Shown one piece after another: positions 54,401-62,114 of a DNA stretch of 64,000 nt (its first letter is position 1; each line of letters opens with the position of its first letter). Both the position numbers and the translations under genes were made by a program. Origin of the DNA: Okamejei kenojei. Its lineage: Eukaryota. Location: NCBI GenBank assembly GCA_035221665.1, contig CM069163.1:21328001-21392000 (forward strand), written 5' to 3'. The notes below the pieces were generated by a model. That model did no database searches and had not been told where the DNA came from. It saw nothing but the letters and a program-made list of their open reading frames with translations.

Positions 54401-57400
54401 GCGACGTTTCGGGTCGAGACCCTGCTTCAGACTGATGTGGGGGTGGTGTGGGGGGGGGGGAAGAAGTTGGAAAATTAAAAATGCCCCTGATACAATAACC
54501 CTATTTTTATTTAATCTCTTTGACTCATCAATTTTGATCATCTTCAAAATAAATTAAATTACGCAACTGACCTTATTAAGGAAACATTGTAAATTAAAAC
54601 ATTTTTGCTAACCTGATGTCTAGTGTTTCAAGCTTTGCTTCGATTTTTCAAAGACAAATTCTAGCCTCAATTGACATTGCCTTTAGTTTGTTCTAGTGAT
54701 GAGTATATTGAAGTTCAGCTGGCCACCAGATGGAGAATCTTAGAATCTCTTCTCCCCTTGCTACATGTTGCTGTTTGTAATGCTGCAGTGATGTGGATTA
54801 TGATAAAGTGAGAAATCTAGACAATCCAGCATCTAACCTCTTGTTGTAATAAAGGTTAATAAAACAAAGACATCCATGAATTTGGAATGGACATATCTTA
54901 ATGTTCAATAAATTCATTTTTAAGAACATTTTGTTAAATTGCATCAGGACTAATTATTAGGCTATTTAAAACTGTCTTTCATCAGCTTTTCTGTTTACTG
55001 GTAGTTTCCTGAATAACCAGTAAAATAACAAAATTATGTAATCTTTCCCTAAACTGCTCATTTAGTTCATTCAAAATTTATTGAAGGCTTATGTGTAATT
55101 GCAACACGGGATATTTTTAAAACTTGAAAGCATTTTTACAAGCAGTTGGCAACAAGCATTTACGTCCCCAGATAACATTTAAATATTTTTAAATCTGGCT
55201 CAGATATCAATGTAATTGTGGTTTCAGAATTAACATCATATTTGCCAACTTTAGAATCCAGTTTGAAAGTAACAAAGACTTTTGGAGGCACAGTGATGCA
55301 GTAGTTTGTTCTGCTGCCTCAATATTCCTGGGACCAGGTTCGATCCTGACCCAGGGTGATTTACGTGCAATGTTTGCACTTTCACTTCTTGACAATATCA
55401 ATGTTCTGGTTTCCTCCCATATCCTGAAGATGAACTGGTAGGTTAATTGGATCATTGAATTACCCGTATTGTAGGTTAATAGCAAAAATAATCAAAGGGA
55501 AATTGATATGTATGTATGTGAGTAAGAATGCGGGGAACTAAGAAAGAGGGGGAATGAACAAGTGGAATCGCTTCGCAGGCAAAATAGCATGGCCCTGAAG
55601 AACAGAATGGGCTCCTTTCATTATAAAATATAAGTAGAGATATAGATATAAGATGTCCTTGAATTGGACTTATGTTCATGACTAGAATCCATTGACTATT
55701 GTGAGGCATTTAATTCTGTTACAATTTGAAACAATGACATTATTGCAGTTGAGCGACTTCTGTTTTCATGGGGTTTTTTTTTCATTATTTTAATCCCATG
55801 CAATTCAAAATATTAATTGTACACAAAGGAGATTTGCAATGCAGACCTAAAGACCCAGATTATGTACACTATCCTGGGAATATTCAGACGTGTCAAAGGG
55901 TCTGCTTCTGTCCACGATCCAGTGTCTGAAAATTGCTCCAACTATTCTGGTTGTCAGTCTGTGAGTTCATTTATTAACTGCAGGCTATTCCCTTCTCTCT
56001 CCCACCCTCAACCCAAATCTTCAAATAATTTGTGGAGTAGGGTTGCAATGAACAGTTTCCTGTATTTTAGTCATTTACCGAGTGAAATGAATGATGCTAC
56101 AATTGATGGGTGTTCATTAAAGAGGGCTTTTAGACATTGCCTACAGCAGTTAAATAAACTTTGTAAAACTAGCAAGTAGCTGTTACAACAAGGCTAAAGC
56201 TGATATTCCAGGGCTGTCATCACCATTAATCTGGTCACCTCTCCAGGGCAAAATAAATATACATATTGCTGAACGTGCTTTATAGAAAATTTCCTTCAAC
56301 TTTTTATTGTTCCAACAACCTAGGAATGGTCTTTTGGGAACGTACAATTACAAAGTATGGAATGGAAAATAACACTTTTGAAAGATCATGCTGAATCATT
56401 GCCAATCCACACTCAAATTTGTCTCAATGGATTCCACATAAAATCTACTCATAAAATCAAAATAAATTAGTGAAAAAGTAGATGCAATGAGGAAACCTGA
56501 ATAAACTCGAAGATAAAATCATTCCAATGATAATTTTCTGTTGATTCCACATTTTTGCTAAAGTTACAGACAAGAATAGTTGTTATCTTCCTTGTGACTC
56601 CACGGTATATATTTTCATCAATTGACATGTGAATGTATACAATCTCCTCTACTCCAATAATAACATCTCCATCCATGATTCTGCTACTGTATGCAGATTT
56701 GAAACTTTATTTTTAATTAGATGTGACTGAAATTAGGTACAAAGATGCCTCCGATTATTTCATTATGCAAGTTTTAAGGTTGCTGTAAAATTTCCCTGAA
56801 ATTACAAAGTTTAGGCATTATATTTTGATTTCTTCAAACTTAAAGTTGGCCATAGTGTATATTTCTGGAAAATAGAAGTTTTAACCATAAGCATGGCAAA
56901 GTCATGTTAATGAGAAAGATTATTTTCTACTTCATTGCAAAATCATTTATTCTTAATCTAAACTATATCCAGAATTTTGGGAAGTATAAGATTTATTCTA
57001 CTAAAGTTTGATTGTTGGAGTTTTGCTTTCTGGATACATTTTATCTTTGCGTTCAGCTGAGTTGGTTTTTACCGGTTCTTGCCCTTTGCATTGAATAGAA
57101 TTTCATACAATGATGAGACATCATTAGTCCAGCGAGTGATGAGTAGGAGAGAGGTGAGGAAAATGGCAGAATTCAGTTCTAACCAGAAGAAGCATCCCTC
57201 ATATGCCATAGTCAGCAAACACAGATCAACGTAACACCAGCCTACTGAAAAGTCATCAATATGGAATGTTAACTCTGTTCTCTCCTTCAAACTGCTGCCT
57301 AATATGATCTCTGCAGCCCTCTCTGTTTTTGTATCACCGTCTTAGTAAGTGATTTTTCTACAAACTGTGTAAATTGATTTTCATCCATTGATGATTATTT

Positions 57401-59091
57401 TTATCCAGGGACCTGAAGGAAAGCTGGGAAAACCAGGGATAAGGGGATTACCTGGCAGAAAGGTTTGTTGCACTTATGATTTGTTTTGGAGTAGCAAAAG
57501 GAGCACCAGTATTTGCCATTTTTTACATACTGAACCAACACCCTTTGCCTAAGTCATCGGATGTTCTACTCTGCTTGTCAATCATTGTATCCATCTATCT
57601 TTCTCTCAACATTTGGCCCATTAATTTCTATTTTCTCCTTACAGATTGCCCCAATATCCAAGAGATAAAATTGATTAAAAAAACGAAAACAAATCCTCGC
57701 ACTGCTAATACATAAGAGGCAAAGCAATGCACCTCTGAAGTATCTTAGAAAGGCTCTAAACCTTGCCATATAATATTGGTTGAAGATAACACTTTCATGC
57801 TCTTATGGAATTATTGAAACTTATATTAGTACATCATTTCCTCTGTGAACTTGTAAGAGATCCATGAACAAACTGCAAAACTATTCAGCAAAATCAACTA
57901 TTCAACTGCAAAATCAACAGCCTACTTTATTTGTCCCAGTAGTGATACTATGGTGGATAGATTTTCAATGCAAATTTTCTTGTATTCACACATCATTGAA
58001 AGATATAGATTGTAGTCACTGTGGCAATTATATTTCTGATCTTGCACCCAGTGTCAATGGGAATGGTATCGTAATCTATCCAACAATTCAAACAACTTAA
58101 TCAAAATGCCTTTCCAATGCCTCTCTTCATTTTCCATCCTCAGAATTACTTGTTTGCAAATAATAAATACTCAGGTCTGCCTTTTCCTTCTGAAGATATT
58201 TGGTAGAATTATTATTTTTTTAAATTTAGAATCTAATTGTTTCTTGCACTCTGCCACTATTTGATATTTAGAATTACTTATATAAAATAGGCTGAAATAA
58301 CTAGCCAGTGCTGATGTACCTGCTAACCCTTTCATGCATCATGTTGCAGGGTAGCAAAGGACACTTGGGATATCTGGGAGAAACTGGACCCCCAGGAGAC
58401 CAAGGACCTATAGGAACCCAGGGGCCCAAGGGATCGCGAGGAACACGAGGATCTTTGGTATTCAGCTTCATAAATATAGTATCTTTTACTGAATTAAACC
58501 ATCACCAAAAAGCCTACAAGAATGTAAAGTTAACTATTAATAGTATTGATGGAGGCTGCTCGTTTTTCCACATTAAGTGCAGCAGACTGTCTTGATATTG
58601 TTGAAATATTGATATTGCTTTTAATTGAAGACCTAGTTCAGTTTTGCAGTGTTCGATAAAATACATAGATGTGTAATGTTGTGAGATTTTTTTTCATTCT
58701 CAGCCTGATTTTTGTTTACTGAAATTCTATTTTAAGCCTAGACGGTGCTTTATTTGGTGGACAAAAGGTGTCAGTACGCACCATGAATAAACATGGCTGG
58801 AACACAAAATAATTACATTTAACTTTTCAGAGTTGTACATTGTTATGAATTAAAATACTGACTTTAGACATTCTAAACATTGGGTCCTAATAGGCATTGC
58901 ATTAGGGCAAAGTTATATATTTAACTGATTTTCCAATGAATGCATAAATCAAATAATTTGAAATTAACAAACATCACGATAACTTCTTGCTTCCTGTTTC
59001 AATTTTCAGTCAAGATTTTTTCTTCCCTCTTTGATAGGGTGCTCCTGGTCGAATGGGAGTTCAGGGTGAACCTGGGTTACCAGGCTATGAG
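15360..59091 (+). CDS. COL27A1: Partial multi-exon fibrillar collagen gene (triple-helical domain), best match collagen XXVII alpha 1; 12 exons in window, 246 aa, both ends outside window
   Basis: Twelve AG/GT-bounded phase-0 exons of 45/54/108 bp join into uninterrupted Gly-X-Y. Colinear with human COL27A1 as recalled (e.g. GIPGPSGPPGTKGLPGEP, GEPGLEGDSGPMGPDGLK, GAPGRMGAQGEPGLAGYD). Orthology is from memory, not a database search. Confidence 0.88.
15988..16032 (+). CDS. COL27A1: Collagen exon, 45 bp: [15 protein letters not shown]
   Basis: atgacag|GGA...AAG|gtatgt; Gly-X-Y. Confidence 0.92.
16156..16200 (+). CDS. COL27A1: Collagen exon, 45 bp: [15 protein letters not shown]
   Basis: tttgcag|GGT...CCA|gtatgt; follows a 123-bp intron. 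Confidence 0.93.
17770..17965. mobile_element. Degenerate inverted pair of PLE terminal-repeat fragments
   Basis: ccttcagactgat (minus) abutting ...acccgaaa...gagttcctccagcac...ccagcatctgcagt (plus). Confidence 0.6.
18265..18322. repeat. 14-bp tandem repeat, four copies (catatcttgaaa..)
   Basis: cataccttgaaagc catatcttgaaatt catatcttgaaagt catattttgaaatt. Confidence 0.85.
19045..20615. mobile_element. Non-autonomous hAT-superfamily DNA transposon
   Basis: Perfect 14-bp TIRs cagggccggattta / taaatccggccctg; 8-bp TSD catacaat / caaacaat (1 mismatch); subterminal tagggcctc-type repeats at both ends. Confidence 0.88.
20950..21150 (+). mobile_element. CR1 RT fragment (5' half, interrupted by a PLE)
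   Basis: gagggatctaggagtacaggtgcac...caggtagatagggtggtaaagaaag; homologous to 47680-47790. Confidence 0.8.
21151..22352 (+). mobile_element. Penelope-like retroelement 3' part: RT C-terminus/linker, GIY-YIG endonuclease (frameshifted) and terminal repeat
   Basis: [21 protein letters not shown] / [16 protein letters not shown]...VAKHFN...[21 protein letters not shown] is a PLE GIY-YIG domain (stop 22032); pyrimidine-rich 3' region, then the hammerhead-bearing repeat. Confidence 0.88.
22257..22284 (+). ncRNA. Minimal type I hammerhead ribozyme core (PLE-associated), one substitution in helix III
   Basis: CTGAAGA-A-GGGTC-TC-GACCC-GAAA-TGTC; helix I pairing poor. Confidence 0.55.
22353..22665 (+). 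mobile_element. CR1 RT fragment (3' half, resumes after the PLE)
   Basis: [14 protein letters not shown]...; aggggtgatcttatagagatgtataaaatt; colinear continuation of 20950-21150. Confidence 0.8.
23080..23133 (+). CDS. COL27A1: Collagen exon, 54 bp: [18 protein letters not shown]
   Basis: gttgcag|GGT...CCA|gtaagt. Confidence 0.95.
23225..23565 (-). mobile_element. CR1 LINE 3' end
   Basis: ORF 23376..23564 [20 protein letters not shown]...[10 protein letters not shown] plus 3' UTR. Confidence 0.88.
23590..25045 (-). mobile_element. Old degenerate CR1 ORF2, interrupted by a SINE
   Basis: [21 protein letters not shown] remnants in ORF 23713..23970. Confidence 0.6.
24427..24702 (-). mobile_element. 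HE1-like SINE
   Basis: (ttag)/aacta tail, core tctttggagtgtgggaggaaaccgaagatc, tRNA-like head with B box. Confidence 0.85.
25092..25780 (-). mobile_element. CR1 reverse transcriptase fragment
   Basis: ORF 25167..25775: [55 protein letters not shown]. Confidence 0.95.
25810..26135 (-). mobile_element. Degenerate HE1-like SINE
   Basis: atgtctttgtaatatgtgaggaaac, caggattgaacctgggt and a CR1-like tail. Confidence 0.65.
28035..28510 (-). mobile_element. Degenerate CR1 3' end
   Basis: [26 protein letters not shown]; NFFTRR; FKRLLDRHM. Confidence 0.8.
28834..28887 (+). CDS. COL27A1: Collagen exon, 54 bp: [18 protein letters not shown]
   Basis: ttttttag|GGG...AAG|gtaagc. Confidence 0.95.
29755..29960 (+). 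mobile_element. CR1 3' end
   Basis: VGVWKKLP...[25 protein letters not shown] plus tail. Confidence 0.85.
30013..30066 (+). CDS. COL27A1: Collagen exon, 54 bp: [18 protein letters not shown]
   Basis: ttttttag|GGG...AAG|gtatgt. Confidence 0.95.
30700..31810 (-). mobile_element. Very old degenerate CR1
   Basis: Remnants cccaaaacagtactccagatggg, ataaaggccata, gtacagttttgctga, ctttctcaaagtccat. Confidence 0.5.
32250..32562 (+). mobile_element. CR1 3' end
   Basis: aagaactagagggcatagc...ttcacacagaaggtggt...ctgtatgactctatgact. Confidence 0.8.
32929..33625. mobile_element. PIF/Harbinger-type MITE
   Basis: 17-bp TIRs tgggcctgtcccactta / taagtgggacaaaccca (2 mismatches); TAA on both sides (32926-32928, 33626-33628); CpG-rich interior. 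Confidence 0.85.
34621..34674 (+). CDS. COL27A1: Collagen exon, 54 bp: [18 protein letters not shown]
   Basis: ctgacctacag|GGT...AGG|gtgagt. Confidence 0.95.
34963..35096 (-). mobile_element. PLE terminal-repeat fragment with a degenerate hammerhead core
   Basis: Reverse complement reads atcagtCTGAAGAagggtctcgacctGAAAcatt... Confidence 0.75.
36568..36621 (+). CDS. COL27A1: Collagen exon, 54 bp: [18 protein letters not shown]
   Basis: tttgcaaag|GGT...AAG|gtaagt. Confidence 0.95.
37390..37790 (+). mobile_element. Degenerate DeuSINE (SacSINE1/AmnSINE1-like) relic, interrupted by a PLE repeat fragment at ~37555-37650
   Basis: gtactgagaaagtaccactttgtcaaaggtgttgtcttttatgtgagatgttagaccacg...tctgccctctcatg resembles the recalled Deu-domain consensus; tgtttgtgg...gtgca tail-like sequence follows. 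Confidence 0.55.
38215..38490 (+). mobile_element. HE1-like SINE
   Basis: gacctgagtttgatcctga B box, core gggtttcctttgggcgctccagtttcctcc, tail gggcctgtttccatgctgtgtctctaaa. Confidence 0.8.
39975..40250 (-). mobile_element. HE1-like SINE
   Basis: ctttagactttagagataca tail; cgtctttggagtgtgggaagaaaccggagcacccggag core; tRNA-like head. Confidence 0.85.
40303..40401 (-). mobile_element. Short PLE terminal-repeat insertion with 14-bp TSD
   Basis: taatgaccacctaa at 40289-40302 and 40402-40415. Confidence 0.8.
40368..40395 (-). ncRNA. Minimal type I hammerhead ribozyme core, all core bases intact
   Basis: Minus strand reads CTGAAGA-A-GGGTC-TC-GACCC-GAAA-CGTC; only ~3 bp of helix I possible. Confidence 0.6.
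40642..40683. repeat. Perfect 21-bp tandem duplication
   Basis: caacatatcttgctggtccta twice. Confidence 0.95.
40740..40847 (+). CDS. COL27A1: Collagen exon, 108 bp: [36 protein letters not shown]
   Basis: ttctcccgttag|GGT...CAA|gtaaga. Confidence 0.95.
41855..42135 (+). mobile_element. CR1 3' end
   Basis: tagagggcatagctttaag...tttacacagagggtg...tggaatgcactgccagag. Confidence 0.8.
45262..45475 (+). mobile_element. CR1 ORF2 linker fragment
   Basis: [24 protein letters not shown]...[21 protein letters not shown]. Confidence 0.8.
45476..46208 (-). mobile_element. CpG-rich non-autonomous retroelement, possibly Rex/Babar-related
   Basis: Minus-strand head ggggcgccgcattgaaggcagcctc followed by a T-rich run; GC-rich body; GT-rich 3' part (tgtatggctgtatggt); no coherent protein. 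Confidence 0.45.
46240..47590 (+). mobile_element. Old CR1 RT region, interrupted by RTE-X
   Basis: [17 protein letters not shown]...[13 protein letters not shown]; later gtggggtgccacagggat, atcaatgatttggatgaggg, caagtttgctgat. Confidence 0.8.
46536..47109 (-). mobile_element. RTE-X clade LINE 3' end with 14-bp TSD
   Basis: [39 protein letters not shown]; tail catacgacagaagaa; TSD aggaaaatactata at 46522-46535 and 47110-47123. Confidence 0.8.
47595..48380 (+). mobile_element. Younger CR1 3' part
   Basis: [42 protein letters not shown]; tail cactctatgactcta. Confidence 0.93.
48381..48470 (+). mobile_element. PLE terminal-repeat fragment
   Basis: gtcacctattctttttctccagagatgctgcctgactcactgagttactccagcactttgtgtct. 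Confidence 0.7.
48480..49140 (+). mobile_element. Continuation of the old CR1 (degenerate)
   Basis: gcaggtacagcaagcaaatggaatgttggc, gtgagaccacacctgg, tttggaattctat, ctcctgct tails. Confidence 0.65.
50170..50545 (-). mobile_element. Degenerate CR1 3' end
   Basis: aaacaggcccttcggcc tail; cccctcatggttttatatacctctatacggtcacccctcagcctcc. Confidence 0.8.
50960..51960 (-). mobile_element. Degenerate CR1-clade LINE 3' part (different family), with a short PLE inverted repeat inserted at ~51268-51405
   Basis: [19 protein letters not shown]; [10 protein letters not shown]; end matches FKK..HHQ.LKGN. Confidence 0.65.
52213..52520 (-). mobile_element. HE1-like SINE
   Basis: (tttag)n tail, gaaacaggcccttcggcccaccgagtccg, core and tRNA-like head. 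Confidence 0.87.
53532..53846 (+). mobile_element. HE1-like SINE, near full length
   Basis: A box gcacagcggtagag, B box gggttcaatccc, core, (aaact)n tail. Confidence 0.88.
53980..54124. mobile_element. Short PLE terminal-repeat insertion with 13-bp TSD
   Basis: ttaaaatttatgg (53967-53979) / ttaaaatatatgg (54125-54137). Confidence 0.7.
54331..54466 (-). mobile_element. Short PLE terminal-repeat insertion with perfect 16-bp TSD
   Basis: ttggaaaattaaaaat at 54315-54330 and 54467-54482; hammerhead core with CTGAAGC variant. Confidence 0.82.
55283..55625 (+). mobile_element. Degenerate tRNA-derived SINE
   Basis: ggcacagtgatgcagtag...ccaggttcgatcctgacc...ggtttcctcccatatcctgaaga. Confidence 0.7.
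57409..57462 (+). CDS. COL27A1: Collagen exon, 54 bp: [18 protein letters not shown]
   Basis: tttatccag|GGA...AAG|gtttgt. Confidence 0.93.
58350..58457 (+). CDS. COL27A1: Collagen exon, 108 bp: [36 protein letters not shown]
   Basis: gttgcag|GGT...TTG|gtattc; visible inside ORF 58308..58595. Confidence 0.94.
59038..59091 (+). CDS. COL27A1: Collagen exon, 54 bp: [18 protein letters not shown]
   Basis: ctctttgatag|GGT...GAG|gtaagg. Confidence 0.95.
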
Positions 59092-59284
59092 GTAAGGACA
59101 TTTCAATGCACGGACATGAGTAATGTTTACTTCTTTATAATGCACAGGTCCAAATGTGAAATAGAATATTCTTAAACTATTTTAACAGATTTAAATATTT
59201 TTTGCAGGAGCATCATATTAAAAAATAAAAACATTTAACTCTGGAAAAATTGAACAAGATGGGCAGCATCTGCAGAGAGAATAT

Positions 59285-59480
59285 AAACAAACTGCTGGAG
59301 AAACTCAGCGGGTCAGGCACCAACTATGGCGGGAAAGGAATTGGTCAAGTCCTGATGCATGGTCTTGACCCGAAACATCAACCATTCCTTTCTCTCCACA
59401 GTTGATACCTGACCTGTTAAGTTCCTCCATCAGTTTGGTTTTTTGGCTCCATATTCCAGCATCTGCAGTGTTTTGTGCCT
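59285..59480. mobile_element. Degenerate inverted pair of PLE terminal-repeat fragments
   Basis: ctgctggagaaactcagcgggtcaggc (minus), then gtcCTGATGc...cccGAAAcatc...ccagcatctgcag (plus). Confidence 0.65.
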
Positions 59481-59717
59481 CTGTGGAATGAAAAGCAGAG
59501 CAAATGTTCCTTGTCAAAGACCCTTCATTAGAACACCTTATGCTATTTTTTTAGCGCGGAAATCTGTGAATTGCTAGTATGGCCAATACCAATGCTGTCA
59601 ACTGGATGTTTTGTACATTACATGGTTTGCTGTTCTGCTGTAGACTTTGTAAAGAATTAACCATGCCAGACCAATGAATAGGCCAATTTGGAGGTAACAT
59701 ATTCTTCCCTGAATGGT

Positions 59718-60502
59718 TAAGAAAGAACTGCAGATGTCGGAAAAATCGAAGGTAGACAAAAATGCTGAAACTCAGCGGGTGAGGCAGCATCTATGGAGAG
59801 AAGGAATAGGCGACGTTTCGGACCAAGACCCTTCTTCAGACTGATGTCGGGGGGGGGGGGGGGGGGTGGCCGTAAATAGAAAGGAAGAGGCGGAGACAGT
59901 AAGCTTGTGGGAGAGCTGGGGAGGGGAAGGTGGGAGAATGCAAGGACTACCTGAAATTGGAGAGGTCAATGTTCATACCGCTGGGGTGTAAACTACCCAA
60001 GCGAAATATAAGGTGCTGTTCCTCCAATTTGCGCTGGGCCTCACTCTGGCAATGGCGGAGGCCCAGGACAGAAAGGTCGGATTCGGAATGGGAGGGCAAG
60101 TTGAAGTGCTGAGCCACCGGGAGGTCAGGTTGGTTATTGCAAACTGAGTGGAGGTCTTGGGCGAATCGATCACCAAGCCTGCGCTTGGTCTCACTTCTCT
60201 ACATCGGCCCAGCACAAATTGGAGGAAAAGCACCTCATATTTCGCTTGGGTAGTTTACACCCCAAGGGTATGAACATTGACTTCTCCAATTTCAGGTAGT
60301 CCTTGCTTTCTCCCTCCTTCCCCTCCCCTTCCCAGCTCTCCCACAAGCCTACTGTCTCTGCCTCGTCCTTTCTTTTTCCCGCCACCCCCACCCCACCCAA
60401 CATCAGTCTGAAGAAGGGTCTCGACCCGAAACATTGCCTATTCCTTCTCTCCATAGATGCTGCCTCACCCGCTGAGTTTCTTCAGCACTTTTGTCTACCT
60501 TT
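59718..60502. mobile_element. PLE with inverted arrangement: minus-strand GIY-YIG C-terminus and terminal repeat, then a plus-strand inverted copy
   Basis: Minus strand encodes ETKRRLGDRF...VAQHFN...[28 protein letters not shown]; 59749-60040 is complementary to 60206-60501; possible TSD tgaatggt (59710-59717, 60505-60512). Confidence 0.88.
60408..60435 (+). ncRNA. Minimal hammerhead core, helix III decayed (CGTC to CATT)
   Basis: CTGAAGA-A-GGGTC-TC-GACCC-GAAA-CATT. Confidence 0.45.
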
Positions 60503-61157
60503 CATGAATGGTAATTATTTTACACATGCTAATCAGAAAGGATCAAATGTTGCATATTACTATTCTCGCATTAGCTCTCTCAATCTCAGGATTTCTAGTC
60601 CAGAATTAAAAGATTGGGCAAAATTGGATTGACTATTATTCTTTTTGCAAATGGTGTGTAAAATCTACTTCCCTGGCAGGATTGGATAGACTTCCTTCCC
60701 AGGTGAAAAGCATCCACTGGTTTAACTGTTGCTAACCTCCTGAGGCTAATTAGTTAGTGTTTTATGTTCTTATTTTCATTTTCCAGTATCTATAGGTACT
60801 TTGTTTTTGTGTTATAGTCACGACACTTCTGAGCACAGAAACAATGTTTTATCCTCACTATGCTAGAAATTTTATTAAATCTACGTCTAATATAAAATAA
60901 TTACATATTTGATGTCACTAAGTAACTGGACAAAATAAACTGCTTATATTGCAAGGTATAGGTGTTGTTAAGTTTTTTAGTAGTTAAGATATCCATATGG
61001 CCTATAGTTCCTACATCAATTCTTCACTGAAGCAATCCAGGGCTAATTCCGCAGCTTTAAATGTTTAACTACCCTTGCTTTTAAAAAGTAACAATCTATG
61101 TGTCAATTATTCTTGATTCCAAAGTATTCCATGCTATGATATGTTTCTGGCAAGCAG

Positions 61158-61510
61158 GTCTTGGGCAGCTTACAACCCAGCGGTACGGATATTGATTTCT
61201 CTAACTTCAAGTAACCCTTGCTTTCCCTCTCTCTCCGTCCCTCCCCCACCCCAGTTCTCCGACTAATTTCACTGTCCTTCTGATTAATTTTACTGATTGT
61301 ATGCCTCCTTGTCACCTCTCCTCAGCTAACAATTAACCATTCTACGTTTCCTTATCATCGTCTGCTTTGATATTTTGTTTTCACACCTTACCCCTCCATA
61401 TCTCCAGATTCCCTCTCCCCTGACTCTCAATCTGAAGAAGGGTCTCGACCCGAAACGTCACTCCAGAGCTGCTGCCTGTCCTGCTGAGTTACTGCTGCAC
61501 TTTTGTCTAT
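61158..61510 (+). mobile_element. PLE 3' fragment (end of GIY-YIG, 3' UTR, terminal repeat)
   Basis: [17 protein letters not shown]; homologous to 21978-22352. Confidence 0.85.
61432..61459 (+). ncRNA. Minimal type I hammerhead ribozyme core, all core bases intact, sense to the collagen pre-mRNA
   Basis: CTGAAGA-A-GGGTC-TC-GACCC-GAAA-CGTC; helix I pairing poor. Confidence 0.6.
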
Positions 61511-61814
61511 AGTTAGAAACAAGATCCCATCATAATTCTAGATCTTTACAAATGGGGCGGATAAGCATTGGCAAAGAAATGTATTGAAATGGCAGGCATG
61601 TAACCTTTGTATTTCAACAGATGCTCCCTTCCATTTGGCATTGTGTTCATATATTATTTTTACTGTGCTAGATATGAATGTTATACATAGTCTAAGGAAT
61701 AATATCAGCTTATTACTACATTCACTGTTAAGTAGCAGGAATACATTTACTGACAGACAAACATAGGAAGATGAGGTGTTTTAAGGTTAAGCCATAAAGT
61801 AGTCATGATCAAAA

Positions 61815-61915
61815 AAGTCTCAAGAAGAGTTCTGACCCGAAACGTTACCTACCCATGTTCTCCAGAGATGCTGTTTGACCCACTGAGTTACTCCAGCACT
61901 TTGCGTCTTTTTTTA
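61815..61915 (+). mobile_element. Degenerate PLE terminal-repeat fragment
   Basis: gacccgaaacgttacctacccatgttctccagagatgctg...ctgagttactccagcactttg. Confidence 0.7.
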
Positions 61916-62114
61916 TGATCAAAATATAACGTTTTAGAAATGTTGGAAATAAAAACAGAAACTGCTCAAACTTTCAGCACACCATGCAGTGTGTGGAAAA
62001 AGGAGTATACCATGCCAAAGACAAACTGATGCAAATAAGCCAAGATGGAAAATATAATGAAATAAATTCATGGTCCAAAAGCAAAACACAAAGTGGTGGA
62101 GGAATGCAGCGGAT

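Noticed and set aside
58308-58595. Stand-alone 95-aa secreted collagen-like ORF
   Set aside because: Only 58350-58457 is Gly-X-Y and it is bounded by AG/GT; the rest is intron read-through.
15360-59091. Assignment to COL24A1 or a clade A/B fibrillar collagen
   Set aside because: Exon peptides match recalled COL27A1 far better (GPSGPPG.KG.PGEP, GEQGL.GQR, GAPGRMG.QGEPGL.GY); only scattered residues resemble COL24A1.
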